The position numbers and the translations under genes were made by a program. Of a stretch of 42,344 bases of DNA, positions 9,542 to 18,886 are shown one piece after another (the stretch's first letter is position 1; each line of letters opens with the position of its first letter). Location of the stretch: IMG/VR virus record IMGVR_UViG_3300008255_000041, positions 1 through 42,344 of that record; one strand, given 5' to 3'. This DNA is from a virus. Its lineage: Duplodnaviria > Caudoviricetes. Under the pieces are notes generated by a model. The model worked only from the letters and a program-made list of their open reading frames with translations, was not told where the DNA came from and searched no databases.

Positions 9542-10102
9542 ATGCGATTGCGACTGCGTAACATCCGAGTATTCCGCATCAACTCGGACACGTGCCGCTT
9601 TGAGTGTGAGATTGGAGCGGATCAAATGCGACCGCTCCAGTCATTCCTTGAAAAGTTGCGCGGGTTTGACATTGCCGCTAATCTTGAAAAGTGGACGAAA
9701 AAACGCTCACAAGACGCGAACGCCTACGCATGGGTTTTGATGACTAAGATCGCGGACGCGCTCACGGCATCGAAAGCAACCATCACGAAAGATGATGTGT
9801 ATCTCGATATGCTCAAGTGCTACGGTCAAGGCGGCGTGGTCAAGATTAAGGACGCGGACGCGGAGAAGTGGAAACGCGCTTGGAAGTACACCGCGCCGCA
9901 CGAGAAGCTGACGCAGGAGAACGCTCAATACTGGCGGTTCTGGATTGGTTCATCCGAGTATGACAGCGCAGAAATGTCCGTGTTTATCAACGGGATCATC
10001 GAGGAGGCAAAAGAACTCGGCATCGAAACGCTTGCTCCGGATGAGCTGGAAAGGATGATGCATCAATGGGGACGCATAGACAAACCAAAGCAACCGCAAT
10101 AA
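9542..10102 (+). CDS. NinB-like recombination accessory protein
   Basis: KRSQDANAYAW...IAD...GSSEYDSAEMSVFI...AKELGI. Confidence 0.7.
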   Translation: MRLRLRNIRVFRINSDTCRFECEIGADQMRPLQSFLEKLRGFDIAANLEKWTKKRSQDANAYAWVLMTKIADALTASKATITKDDVYLDMLKCYGQGGVVKIKDADAEKWKRAWKYTAPHEKLTQENAQYWRFWIGSSEYDSAEMSVFINGIIEEAKELGIETLAPDELERMMHQWGRIDKPKQPQ

Positions 10103-10374
10103 GCAAGGCGGTCAAACTCGCGGTGATGGAGCGTGACATGGGCGTGTGCATCAACTGCGGCGCGTTGGGTGATCCTGTCGCTCACTTCGTCGGACGCGCT
10201 CACGGCGGGCTTGGGATCGAGCAGAACATTGTTACGCTGTGCCACGCTTGCCATCAGCTTTACGACAATTCAGAGCAACGGTGTGAAATCCGATGGAAGT
10301 TGCGGAAGTACCTCAAAAGCAAATATCCCGACTGGAACGAAGATTTGCTGTACTACAAAAAATACGATTTTTAA
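10066..10374 (+). CDS. HNH endonuclease
   Basis: RD..CINCG...AHFV.R.HGGLG..QNIVTLCHACH. Confidence 0.85.
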   Translation: MGTHRQTKATAISKAVKLAVMERDMGVCINCGALGDPVAHFVGRAHGGLGIEQNIVTLCHACHQLYDNSEQRCEIRWKLRKYLKSKYPDWNEDLLYYKKYDF

Positions 10375-10666
10375 GGAGAAACTAAATGAAAAGTGCAAGA
10401 CACAACAGACTACTCGAAAACGCGGCAAGCCCTAACCCGCTATTGACCGTTGACCAGATCAACACGGCGCGGAGTTTCGGCGCAAAGACATTCGATAAGA
10501 AAAAGATACGGCGCAAGATGGCGAACGAGAGCCGCAAGGTAAACTGGAATTAAGGAGAAACAACATTGAATACAAAAGATCGTTTTGTTTTATACTTCAT
10601 GCTTGGTGTGATTATCGCGCACGTTTTCATCTATCCGATTCTTGAGTTAATCTTAGGCGGTGTAGG

Positions 10667-11065
10667 ATGAACAAAATTACACTTATCGGTTCACTCGTTC
10701 GTGATCCTGAAGTGCGCTCCACGCCGAACGGCGTAACGGTCTGTTCGTTCACAATCGCAGTAGACCGTAAATTCAAGGACACGGCGGGCGAAAAGACAAC
10801 CGATTTTTTCCGCATCAACGCATGGCGCGCGCTCGGTGACACATGCGCCCGGTGGTTGAGCAAGGGAAAGAAAGTAGCGGTCATCGGCGAGCTTCAAGCG
10901 CGAACCTACGAAGCGAAGGACGGCACCACGCGCATGTCACTTGACGTGCAAGCGGACGAGGTTGAATTCCTCACGCCGAAGCAGGAGAAGCACGACGATC
11001 CGCAAGCGGACGCGGCAGACATGGCTGGATTCGCTGACATTCAGAGCGATGACATCCCGTTTTAA
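10667..11065 (+). CDS. ssb: Single-stranded DNA-binding protein
   Basis: MNKITLIG.L.RDPE...OB fold; acidic C-terminal tail DDIPF. Confidence 0.95.
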   Translation: MNKITLIGSLVRDPEVRSTPNGVTVCSFTIAVDRKFKDTAGEKTTDFFRINAWRALGDTCARWLSKGKKVAVIGELQARTYEAKDGTTRMSLDVQADEVEFLTPKQEKHDDPQADAADMAGFADIQSDDIPF

Positions 11066-11193
11066 GAAAGGAGATACAATGTATATTCATCCATTTGTTG
11101 CAGGAATCCTCGTTACTGTTGGCGTTGAGCTTGTCGCGCTTGTAGTCGCGGCGGCTGTTAAAGGAAAAAAGTAAAATAGCGGAGCGGACGGTG

Positions 11194-11217
11194 AGCCGCG
11201 TTAGAGATGGCGCGGCT
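11194..11217 (+). terminator. Intergenic stem-loop, possible terminator
   Basis: AGCCGCGTTA-gaga-TGGCGCGGCT; only a weak T tail. Confidence 0.4.
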
Positions 11218-11224
11218 TCATCTA

Positions 11225-11253
11225 TTGACAAACAATAACATTTGTATTATAAT
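11225..11253 (+). promoter_or_regulatory. Perfect consensus sigma-A promoter for the replication operon
   Basis: TTGACA, 17 bp spacer, TATAAT. Confidence 0.85.
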
Positions 11254-11279
11254 GATATCAAGCCGAAAGGAGGCTTTGT

Positions 11280-11432
11280 ATGTTGACGGTCAAAGAATTT
11301 GCCGAGATGTTTCACGTTACAAAGATGACTGTCTATCGATGGATAAACGCAGGTAAGGTTAAAGTTATCCGTATCGGTAGCACGATCAGAATTGAAAAAT
11401 TAGAAGCAGAACGAATTGCGAAAGGGGAATAA
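11280..11432 (+). CDS. Excisionase-like/HTH_17 DNA-binding protein, 50 aa (not in ORF track)
   Basis: MLTVKEFAEMFHVTKMTVYRWINAGKVKVIRIGSTIRI; RBS AAAGGAGG. Confidence 0.85.
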   Translation: MLTVKEFAEMFHVTKMTVYRWINAGKVKVIRIGSTIRIEKLEAERIAKGE

Positions 11433-11433
11433 C

Positions 11434-12108
11434 ATGAGCGATTGCAAGCAATCTATTGTGATTTATACCGACTTGCTTCAACATGTTCAGAAGCTTTCGC
11501 TTGATGAAGCTGGCTCGGTTTTCATTGCAATTCTCAATTATTCATCAACAGGAGAAATACCCGAATTATCTGCGGCGGCTGATATGTGCTTTTCTTTTGT
11601 TCGCGCTCAAATCGATAGGGATTCTCAAAAATGGGAAAATATTAGAGAAAAGCGGGCTTTATCCGGAAGAATCGGAGGCGTTGCGAGCGGAGAATCGCGC
11701 AAGCAAAACAAAGCAAACGAAGCAAGTGCTTCTTTTGTCAAGCAAAACGAAGCAAACGAAGCTGTAACTGTACCTGTTAATGTTCCTGTTAATGTAACTG
11801 TACCTGTAAATACAAAGAAACATAAGGCGGACAAGCCGCTGGATGAATTTGATATTGCTATTGGATTTTTCAAGGATCATAGAAAGAAACTTAAGAAACC
11901 AATGTCGGATCATGCTATCGAATTGCTAAAAACAAAACTAGAAACGCTTGCACCAAACGACAAAAAGCAACAGATCGCGCTAATAAATCACGCGATTGAA
12001 AAAGGATGGCAAGGCGTTTATCCGATGGATAATCTTAAGAAAGGTGATCGAGTAGAGCCGACAGAAAAGGACTACACGACCTCAACGAGCGCATATGAAG
12101 TATTGTGA
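11434..12108 (+). CDS. Replication initiator (DUF6291-like N-terminus, lambda O-like organisation)
   Basis: N-terminal SIVIY...LSLDEAG.VF.AI..Y; central iteron-coded linker; C-terminal AIEKGWQG; followed by the DnaC-like gene. Confidence 0.75.
   Translation: MSDCKQSIVIYTDLLQHVQKLSLDEAGSVFIAILNYSSTGEIPELSAAADMCFSFVRAQIDRDSQKWENIREKRALSGRIGGVASGESRKQNKANEASASFVKQNEANEAVTVPVNVPVNVTVPVNTKKHKADKPLDEFDIAIGFFKDHRKKLKKPMSDHAIELLKTKLETLAPNDKKQQIALINHAIEKGWQGVYPMDNLKKGDRVEPTEKDYTTSTSAYEVL
11700..11807. repeat. Iterons inside the initiator gene, probable replication origin
   Basis: CAAGCAAAAC(A/G)AAGCAAACGAAGC at 11700 and 11739; TGTAACTGTACCTGT at 11763 and 11793. Confidence 0.7.
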
Positions 12109-12874
12109 TGTTTGTGGCGAACCGTTGGAAAGTGAAATGACCGAAAAAAGCAAAAAGGTATGCGACATATTTCATTTACATCAAGACGTTGAAATCGGTC
12201 AACTATATCCAACTACATGCCAGTGTGAGATTAATAGACAAAACGAAGAACGAGAAAAAGCGTATCTGCAAGAAAGAATTGAATCAATGCGCAAGCGCGG
12301 AATTGCAGACACATTAAGTCAGAACATGCGTTTTCAAAATGATCTAGGTTACAATCCAGAACTTGCGGCGAAATGTAAACGATACGTAGAAAATTTTCAA
12401 AAGATGTACGATGAAAACGTTGGATTGCTTTTCACTGGCGGCGTTGGAACAGGTAAGACGTTTTACGCGGCTTGCATTGCAAACGCGATTATAGACATGG
12501 GCGAGATGGCTGTGATGACCTCGCTATCTCGTATAATCAGAACGCCATTCGATGAATACGATTCTGCGCTTGCATTGATTGAACGCGCCGTTCTGGTTGT
12601 GTTTGACGATCTCGGAGCGGAACGCGACACATCATTTGCGTGGGAACGTGCGTTTGATGCAGTGGACGCTAGGATTAAATCAAAAAAACCTGTGATCGTT
12701 ACAACAAACTTCACGCCGGATGAAATGGCAAAAGCAACCGATATTAGAGAAAAGCGAATTTATGACAGAATCCTCGGCGCGTGTGTTATCATTCCTGTTG
12801 TCGGGCAATCGATACGAGAATTGGAACACAAGAAGAAAATTGAAACGGCGCGTGAAATTTTGTCGGGTAAGTAA
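12095..12874 (+). CDS. DnaC/IstB-like AAA+ helicase loader
   Basis: Walker A GGVGTGKT, Walker B VVFDDLG, IVTTN, RIYDRI. Confidence 0.9.
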   Translation: MKYCDVCGEPLESEMTEKSKKVCDIFHLHQDVEIGQLYPTTCQCEINRQNEEREKAYLQERIESMRKRGIADTLSQNMRFQNDLGYNPELAAKCKRYVENFQKMYDENVGLLFTGGVGTGKTFYAACIANAIIDMGEMAVMTSLSRIIRTPFDEYDSALALIERAVLVVFDDLGAERDTSFAWERAFDAVDARIKSKKPVIVTTNFTPDEMAKATDIREKRIYDRILGACVIIPVVGQSIRELEHKKKIETAREILSGK

Positions 12875-12907
12875 AAACGTACAAGTGCCGAAAGGAACGT
12901 TTGATAG

Positions 12908-13252
12908 ATGATAATCACAATCGATAGAATCCCGCCATCACTAAACAAGTTCGCCGGACGAAAGAACGACAGAGAATATCAAGCAGTAAAGCGCGAGTGG
13001 AAAGAGCTAGTGTACTACACGTGCAAGCAGCAACGATACGAACCGCTGAACAAGGCAATCGTAACGATCACGTATTATTTCCCGACGCGGACGCGGCATG
13101 ATCCCGACAACTACGCGGGAAAGATGATACTGGACGGATTAACGGCGGCTGGCGTGATTGCAGATGATAGTTTTGATTGCATAGAACTGCGTTTACGCGG
13201 CGGGTACGACAAGGAGAATCCGCGAACGGAGATAGAGGTGCTACCATGTTGA
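12908..13252 (+). CDS. RusA-like Holliday junction resolvase
   Basis: PPSLN...RHDPDNYAGKMILDGL...IADDS...PRTEIEV. Confidence 0.8.
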   Translation: MIITIDRIPPSLNKFAGRKNDREYQAVKREWKELVYYTCKQQRYEPLNKAIVTITYYFPTRTRHDPDNYAGKMILDGLTAAGVIADDSFDCIELRLRGGYDKENPRTEIEVLPC

Positions 13253-13339
13253 TGTCCGAGCGTTACGGCATCGAGTGGCAATTCACGCCGAAAGCGGAGT
13301 GCGGGAGACGGATCGTGGAGATCCTATCAGAAAAAAACA

Positions 13340-13369
13340 TTGACGCAGACAATACGCGCATCATATAAT
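13340..13369 (+). promoter_or_regulatory. Sigma-A promoter with ATACGCGCAT box
   Basis: TTGACG, 18 bp spacer, TATAAT; box at 13352-13361. Confidence 0.7.
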
Positions 13370-13398
13370 CATGGTATCAAAGTGCAAAGGAGAGAAGC

Positions 13399-14790
13399 GT
13401 GGAATATAGTGAATTTTTAGAACGCAAAAAAATCAGGGTAATGGGGAGCGGGTTTGAATCCGACTACGTGAATGAAAAGCTATTCGGATGGCAGACGGAT
13501 ATTGTGAGATGGTGCTTGCGAAAAGGCAAGAGCGCGATTTTCAGCGATTGCGGAAGCGGTAAAACCGCGATGCAACTTGAATGGGCGGCAGAGGTTTCAG
13601 AACATTGCCAGATGCCTGTTTTAATTCTTGCTCCATTGTCGGTAGGAAAGCAGACGCAGCGCGAGGGTATCAAGTTTGGAGTACGCGTTACGGTGTGCCG
13701 GACGCAAGCAGACGTTAAAGGCGGCGTGAATATTACTAACTATGAGATGATCGAGCATTTTAATCCGAACGCATTCTGCGGGATCGTGCTTGACGAGAGC
13801 AGTATTCTAAAACATCAGGACAGCAAGACGCGTCAATACCTGACAGAATCATTCGCGGACACGCCGTATAAACTATGCTGCACCGCTACACCATCACCGA
13901 ACGACTTCATGGAGCTTGGGCAGCACTCGCAGTTTTTAGGAGTTATGACGCACACAGAGATGCTTGCGACGTTCTTCATTCACGATGGTGGCGATACGGC
14001 AAAGTGGCGGTTAAAAGGTCATGCGGTGGATAAGTTCTTTGAGTTTGTAGCGTCGTGGGCGTGTTGCTTGACAAGACCGCAAGACCTTGGATACGAGCAG
14101 GACGGTTACGACTTGCCAGAATTGCGCATTCACGAAGTACAGACGGAATCAGAGCCGCTTGATTGCGAGAACGGGCAAGTGAGACTGTTCGCGGGTGTGG
14201 CTCAAACGCTGGAAGAACGCAGAGCGGCGCGGCGCACAAGCTTGGATGATCGTGTTGAAATCGCGGCGCGGATTGCAAACGAAACAGACGAGCAAGTATT
14301 GATTTGGTGCGGGTTGAATGACGAGGGCGACGCGCTGGAAAAAGCAATAGACGGCGCGATACAGGTTGCAGGATCGGATACCATGCAACACAAGGAAAAC
14401 ACGATGCTTGGATTCTCGGCGGGAAACGTTCGCGCTCTTGTCAGTAAAGCAAAGATCGCAGGTTGGGGCATGAATTGGCAGAATTGCCATAAGGTTATTT
14501 TCGTCGGGTTGTCTGATTCGTTTGAAGAATATTATCAGGCGGTGCGTCGGTGTTGGAGATTCGGACAGGACAAACCCGTTGACGTTTACATCATCATTTC
14601 AGACGCAGAGGGCGCGGTGAGGGCGAATATCGAGCGCAAACAAAAAGACGCTGAGCGGATGAAAGAAGAACTAATCAAGCACACAAAAGATATTTTGAGC
14701 GCGGATATTCATAAGACCGTTAAAATCTCGGACAGCTATAAAACAAATATGAGAATGGAGATTCCATCATGGTTGAAATCAATGGCGTAA
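13399..14790 (+). CDS. SF2 (SNF2-like) helicase/ATPase
   Basis: CGSGKT, VLDESS, TATP, GMNWQ, QAVRRCWRFGQ. Confidence 0.85.
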   Translation: MEYSEFLERKKIRVMGSGFESDYVNEKLFGWQTDIVRWCLRKGKSAIFSDCGSGKTAMQLEWAAEVSEHCQMPVLILAPLSVGKQTQREGIKFGVRVTVCRTQADVKGGVNITNYEMIEHFNPNAFCGIVLDESSILKHQDSKTRQYLTESFADTPYKLCCTATPSPNDFMELGQHSQFLGVMTHTEMLATFFIHDGGDTAKWRLKGHAVDKFFEFVASWACCLTRPQDLGYEQDGYDLPELRIHEVQTESEPLDCENGQVRLFAGVAQTLEERRAARRTSLDDRVEIAARIANETDEQVLIWCGLNDEGDALEKAIDGAIQVAGSDTMQHKENTMLGFSAGNVRALVSKAKIAGWGMNWQNCHKVIFVGLSDSFEEYYQAVRRCWRFGQDKPVDVYIIISDAEGAVRANIERKQKDAERMKEELIKHTKDILSADIHKTVKISDSYKTNMRMEIPSWLKSMA

Positions 14791-15653
14791 AGAAACAGGA
14801 TGTAACGAGCAAGTTTGCGATTTACTGCGGCGATTCGTGCGAAGTCATGCAGAACATTCCGGACAACTCGCTTCACTTCTCGGTGTACTCGCCGCCGTTC
14901 GCGTCACTGTACACATATTCCAACAGCGAGCGCGACTTGGGTAATTGCCGAACGCATGCAGAATTTTATGAGCAGTTCAAGTTTATCGCAAAGGAACTGT
15001 ATCGCGTTCTGATGCCGGGCAGAAACATGAGCTTTCACTGTATGAACCTACCGACGAGCAAAGAGCGTGACGGGTACATTGGTATTCGTGACTTTCGTGG
15101 GGAACTGATTCGAATTTTTGAGGATGTCGGGTTTATCTTTCATTCCGAGGTTTGCATATGGAAAGACCCGGTAACGGCGATGCAACGAACAAAGGCACTA
15201 GGACTACTTCACAAGCAGATCAAAAAAGATTCTTGCATGAGCAGACAGGGGATACCAGATTATCTTGTGACAATGCGCAAGCCGGGAGAGAATCCGGAAC
15301 CCGTAACGCACACGAACGAATCATTCCCCGTTGACGCTTGGCAGCAATACGCTTCGCCCGTTTGGATGGACATTAGACCGTCTGATACGTTGCAATACAT
15401 GAGCGCAAGAGAGCAGGACGACGAGCGGCACATTTGCCCGTTGCAGTTGGAGGTCATCAAGCGCGCTATACTGCTCTGGACGAACGAGAACGACATTGTG
15501 TTCACGCCTTTTATGGGGATTGGTTCAGAAGCGTATATGGCGTTAAAACTCAAACGTCGAGCGGTTGGAATTGAGCTGAAAGAAAGCTATTACGATGTGG
15601 CAGAACGCAACGTGAGATCAGCGGTAGAATACGAGCAGATATCATTATTTTGA
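14769..15653 (+). CDS. N4-cytosine/N6-adenine DNA methyltransferase (beta class)
   Basis: Catalytic SPPF motif precedes SAM-binding PFMGIGS; HICP; GIELK. Confidence 0.9.
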   Translation: MVEINGVKKQDVTSKFAIYCGDSCEVMQNIPDNSLHFSVYSPPFASLYTYSNSERDLGNCRTHAEFYEQFKFIAKELYRVLMPGRNMSFHCMNLPTSKERDGYIGIRDFRGELIRIFEDVGFIFHSEVCIWKDPVTAMQRTKALGLLHKQIKKDSCMSRQGIPDYLVTMRKPGENPEPVTHTNESFPVDAWQQYASPVWMDIRPSDTLQYMSAREQDDERHICPLQLEVIKRAILLWTNENDIVFTPFMGIGSEAYMALKLKRRAVGIELKESYYDVAERNVRSAVEYEQISLF

Positions 15654-15979
15654 GGTGTGGCATGAACTACAAACAGATTGAGAAGATCGAGCTTGAAACG
15701 GGGTGCAAGGCTATAGAGTTTGATGGCGTTGATGGGTTGTATGTTTTTTTTAATCCGAACATCAAGCACGGAATTACAATCGCGGGAATATCGGGTAACG
15801 CGTTCTTTGATGCGGGGATGGCAAAGCGCCTCCCCGCCATGCTAACAGGGTACGCGAACATGAAAAAGTTTGAGCTTAAAGGAAAACACGGAAGCACGAT
15901 TATAAGCGGAGAACATGCGACCGCGCTTGTGGATGATTTGGTGGATATTGTGGAAACCTACTTGGAGAAAACCGCATGA
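15650..15979 (+). CDS. Hypothetical protein
   Basis: ORF track; coupled to both neighbours (true start may be ATG 15662). Confidence 0.6.
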   Translation: MRCGMNYKQIEKIELETGCKAIEFDGVDGLYVFFNPNIKHGITIAGISGNAFFDAGMAKRLPAMLTGYANMKKFELKGKHGSTIISGEHATALVDDLVDIVETYLEKTA

Positions 15980-16314
15980 CGAGTGACGGACGCAAAGTAG
16001 CCTACATCATCGGCGCGATATCGAGTGATCCGAACTACGAAGCGAAGTTTGCGGACGCGGCGACGGTGCTGATGAATCTCGGTTTCGCTGTACTCTATCC
16101 CACACTGATACCGCCATATCTAACATATGAGGGTCATATGCGGTGCGACTTCGTGTTTGTGGACGAGTGCGATGTGCTGGTGCCGTTGCCGGACTGGGTG
16201 GAATCATCCGGCGCGAACCGCGAAATGAGCCGCGCGGTGGCGAAAAAGAAAGAAATAGTTTTTTACAGAAACATATTGACATACGCGCATGAACGCGGTA
16301 TGATACCAGTATAG
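15976..16314 (+). CDS. DUF4406 / nucleoside 2-deoxyribosyltransferase-like protein
   Basis: YIIGAIS...F..A...L...GF.V..P...CD....LPDW..S.GA..E. Confidence 0.75.
   Translation: MTSDGRKVAYIIGAISSDPNYEAKFADAATVLMNLGFAVLYPTLIPPYLTYEGHMRCDFVFVDECDVLVPLPDWVESSGANREMSRAVAKKKEIVFYRNILTYAHERGMIPV
16276..16304 (+). promoter_or_regulatory. Sigma-A promoter with ATACGCGCAT box, driving the accessory ORF chain
   Basis: TTGACA, 17 bp spacer, TATGAT; box at 16281-16290. Confidence 0.75.
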
Positions 16315-16331
16315 TAGGAGGTGATAGAAAC

Positions 16332-16562
16332 GTGGGAACTTGGAAGGACTACATGATAACTGGTGCAATACTTTTATTTTTATGCGCTCCGGTTTTATGC
16401 GCGATGGTAAAGGCTATAAAAAGCCTTGGATCAGATAAAGAATGGGGATTAGAGCATGTGTTTGTTTTATTAATAACCGGAATGCCGTGCATAATGAGCG
16501 GGATGGGCGTTGTGTTGGCGATTTACCAAATCGTAATGGCTTTTGTTATATTAGCGAGATAG
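16332..16562 (+). CDS. Two-TM membrane protein
   Basis: RBS AGGAGGTG; two hydrophobic helices; AT-rich. Confidence 0.65.
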   Translation: MGTWKDYMITGAILLFLCAPVLCAMVKAIKSLGSDKEWGLEHVFVLLITGMPCIMSGMGVVLAIYQIVMAFVILAR

Positions 16563-16572
16563 GAGGATTTGC

Positions 16573-16848
16573 ATGGCATACAGTGATTTGAAATTGAAGC
16601 ACGAGGGCGTATTGAAAGAGTTTCTATTCTGGAAAGCAAAATATGCCGCGCGGGATAAGTTTGATAGGTTTACTGTGTATGGATATTACAATAAACCGAA
16701 AAAATTACTCGGACAATGGAATGGAAATCTTGCGTGTATGATATCGGCGTGTGATACAAGTTTCTTGAAGTGGGAAGATAAAGAGCCGATCAACATCGAG
16801 AAAGCACTTAAGATAATCGAGCGGATGAAGGGGGAGAAAAATGATTAA
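16573..16848 (+). CDS. Hypothetical protein
   Basis: RBS AGGAGG. Confidence 0.65.
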   Translation: MAYSDLKLKHEGVLKEFLFWKAKYAARDKFDRFTVYGYYNKPKKLLGQWNGNLACMISACDTSFLKWEDKEPINIEKALKIIERMKGEKND

Positions 16849-17155
16849 GTTATTCGACGGTTGGGTAATCAGCGCGGATGAATTGAACTATGTTCTCAAG
16901 CAAGAAAAGGGAATGGCAATCAATAAAGAGACGGGCGAGGAGAAAATGAAATACTCAACGCCGCTATATTACAGGACGATTGACGAGTGCGCGACCTCGC
17001 TATGTCGGATATATCAGCGCAAAGCCGTGAAAGAACGCGATTACAGCCTGTTAGAAGCCCGTACAGCGTTAAACGGCATACGGGAGATGGTACAGACCGT
17101 GTTTGATGGAATCGACGTTGTAGGGCGCGACCTGACGGAGGGCGAGAGCGTATGA
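16841..17155 (+). CDS. Hypothetical protein
   Basis: RBS GGAG; overlaps neighbours. Confidence 0.65.
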   Translation: MIKLFDGWVISADELNYVLKQEKGMAINKETGEEKMKYSTPLYYRTIDECATSLCRIYQRKAVKERDYSLLEARTALNGIREMVQTVFDGIDVVGRDLTEGESV

Positions 17156-17295
17156 CGAACTATGAACGGATCAAAACCGACAAGGCGTTTTGCGCGATGC
17201 TACTTGCTGATGGTTATAGCAGCATGATTGAAGAGTGGACGGAATGGCTCGACACGGAGCAAATCGAAGTGAGCGACGAGCAGGAGGACGTATGA
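17152..17295 (+). CDS. 47-aa protein MTNYERIK...EWLDTE (not in ORF track)
   Basis: ATGA coupling at both ends; RBS GGAGG. Confidence 0.6.
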   Translation: MTNYERIKTDKAFCAMLLADGYSSMIEEWTEWLDTEQIEVSDEQEDV

Positions 17296-17591
17296 CACAG
17301 GAAATCGAACGGGCGATTGAGTACTTTGAAGGTGCGCTAAAAAACGCAGACGAGTTTTTGTCTAAAGGCATTAGTTGCGCAATCATGGCAAAACAAAAAT
17401 CGAGATTAGAACTCATAATTCCGATTCTCCGCGCCGAGCTAGAGCGACAGAAGAACGAGCCGATGACGTGCGAGGGGTGCAGACGGCATGAGGCTTTAGC
17501 GGATGGAATCATTCTCGATAACTGCCGCAAGTGCGTTCGATACAGCAAGCACACCGACCATTACGAACCGAAAGGAGAACCGAATGTATAA
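17292..17591 (+). CDS. Hypothetical protein with two CxxC motifs
   Basis: RBS AGGAGG before ATG 17292. Confidence 0.6.
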   Translation: MTQEIERAIEYFEGALKNADEFLSKGISCAIMAKQKSRLELIIPILRAELERQKNEPMTCEGCRRHEALADGIILDNCRKCVRYSKHTDHYEPKGEPNV

Positions 17592-17889
17592 CGGACTGAC
17601 CACCGCCGACAAGACTGCGCTGCTGGAACTTAAAAAGTGCGGCGCGATTGAGACGAAAATCTATCACGTTGTGGACATCCCGAACGTAGACGAAGCCCTT
17701 GCGCATATCGCGGAGATGGAGAGCAAGCCGCTGACATGGAACGAGCGCATCAACCAGATGACGGTGGAGGAACGAGCCAGCATGATGCTCAATCTAACGG
17801 CAGAAGCGATATTCCTTGACGAGCGAGAAGCAATACGGCAAATCGTTGAAATCCTCAACAGCCCGTACACGGAAGGAGAGACGAAATGA
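17584..17889 (+). CDS. Hypothetical protein
   Basis: RBS AAAGGAG; contains a TWNERINQMTVEE module. Confidence 0.6.
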   Translation: MYNGLTTADKTALLELKKCGAIETKIYHVVDIPNVDEALAHIAEMESKPLTWNERINQMTVEERASMMLNLTAEAIFLDEREAIRQIVEILNSPYTEGETK

Positions 17890-18164
17890 GCGGAAAACTT
17901 GGATGCGTTGAGTGTATATGCGATGATCCGATAACGGTAAATAACAGGTGTATTTATTGCGGATCGACACTTGAAGTTAATGCGAACAAGCCTCGCACGG
18001 TCGCGTCCGTTCTTCTGGAACGGTGGGCGCAGGACACTGAGGCAATGGCACGTGATCTCATGAACTGGAGAAGAACATCAGTGGATAGAGTTTACGCGCT
18101 AGAACCAGCCGATGCAATTAAAGCAGAGGTCGCCTACCTCAACAGCGCTGCGGAGGGAAAATGA
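17886..18164 (+). CDS. Hypothetical protein
   Basis: RBS AAGGAG; ATGA coupling. Confidence 0.6.
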   Translation: MSGKLGCVECICDDPITVNNRCIYCGSTLEVNANKPRTVASVLLERWAQDTEAMARDLMNWRRTSVDRVYALEPADAIKAEVAYLNSAAEGK

Positions 18165-18355
18165 AAAAGAGCCAATTTTGGATTGTTAAGAAAACACATT
18201 CTGCCGCGCAATATAATGACAGCGACCAGTATGAAATGTTCGACGGAAACGGAAAGCAGATTTCGGCGTGTAAATATTCGATACGCGAAACGCTTGACAT
18301 TCTCGCGGAAGAACACAACAAGAGCTTCTTACAGGAGGGCTCCGATGAAGGTTGA
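18161..18355 (+). CDS. Hypothetical protein
   Basis: RBS GGAGG; ATGA coupling. Confidence 0.55.
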   Translation: MKKSQFWIVKKTHSAAQYNDSDQYEMFDGNGKQISACKYSIRETLDILAEEHNKSFLQEGSDEG

Positions 18356-18680
18356 GAAGTGCCCGCTGTGCGACCGTGTGGAATTATTTAATGCCACATG
18401 GACGCGATATCAATACCAGTGCGACTGTCACGAGGAACACGGAAACATTCTGTTTCTATTGAAGATCAAATGGAACAGGTGGGTGCGGCTGACATATCGC
18501 GGGATATTCCATCCGTGCGGGCAATGCAGATGGGCAATAGACAGAAACGACGGCTTAAGCATTCTGTGTAACTGTAGGATGTCGTATCGGTATAATCTCG
18601 CAACACATGCAAAGCGGATGTCGTGTTGGTGCTGGGCGCGTCGTGAAGCGAAACGGATTAAGGAAGGTAATGGGAAATGA
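18345..18680 (+). CDS. Cys/Trp-rich hypothetical protein
   Basis: RBS AGGAGG; MKVEKCPLC start. Confidence 0.55.
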   Translation: MKVEKCPLCDRVELFNATWTRYQYQCDCHEEHGNILFLLKIKWNRWVRLTYRGIFHPCGQCRWAIDRNDGLSILCNCRMSYRYNLATHAKRMSCWCWARREAKRIKEGNGK

Positions 18681-18886
18681 GTAAGCCAGAAAAATATATA
18701 ATCGTGATCGAAAAAGACTTTGGCGAATACGTGGCGCACGGCTGGTGGGAAACGGGTAGTAACGTCATTCACCCATACGAATATGATTCGCAGGCTGATG
18801 CGATGAAAGCCGCGCTTGAGCTTCCGAAAGACGTTGGAAATTGCAAAATTCTACTCAAGCACGAGCAGGAAGGAGCGACCAAGTGA
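18677..18886 (+). CDS. Hypothetical protein
   Basis: Coupled ORF. Confidence 0.55.
   Translation: MSKPEKYIIVIEKDFGEYVAHGWWETGSNVIHPYEYDSQADAMKAALELPKDVGNCKILLKHEQEGATK

Noticed and set aside
11280-11432. Excisionase as evidence of lysogeny
   Set aside because: HTH_17-like proteins are often plain regulators; no integrase found, and it heads the replication operon
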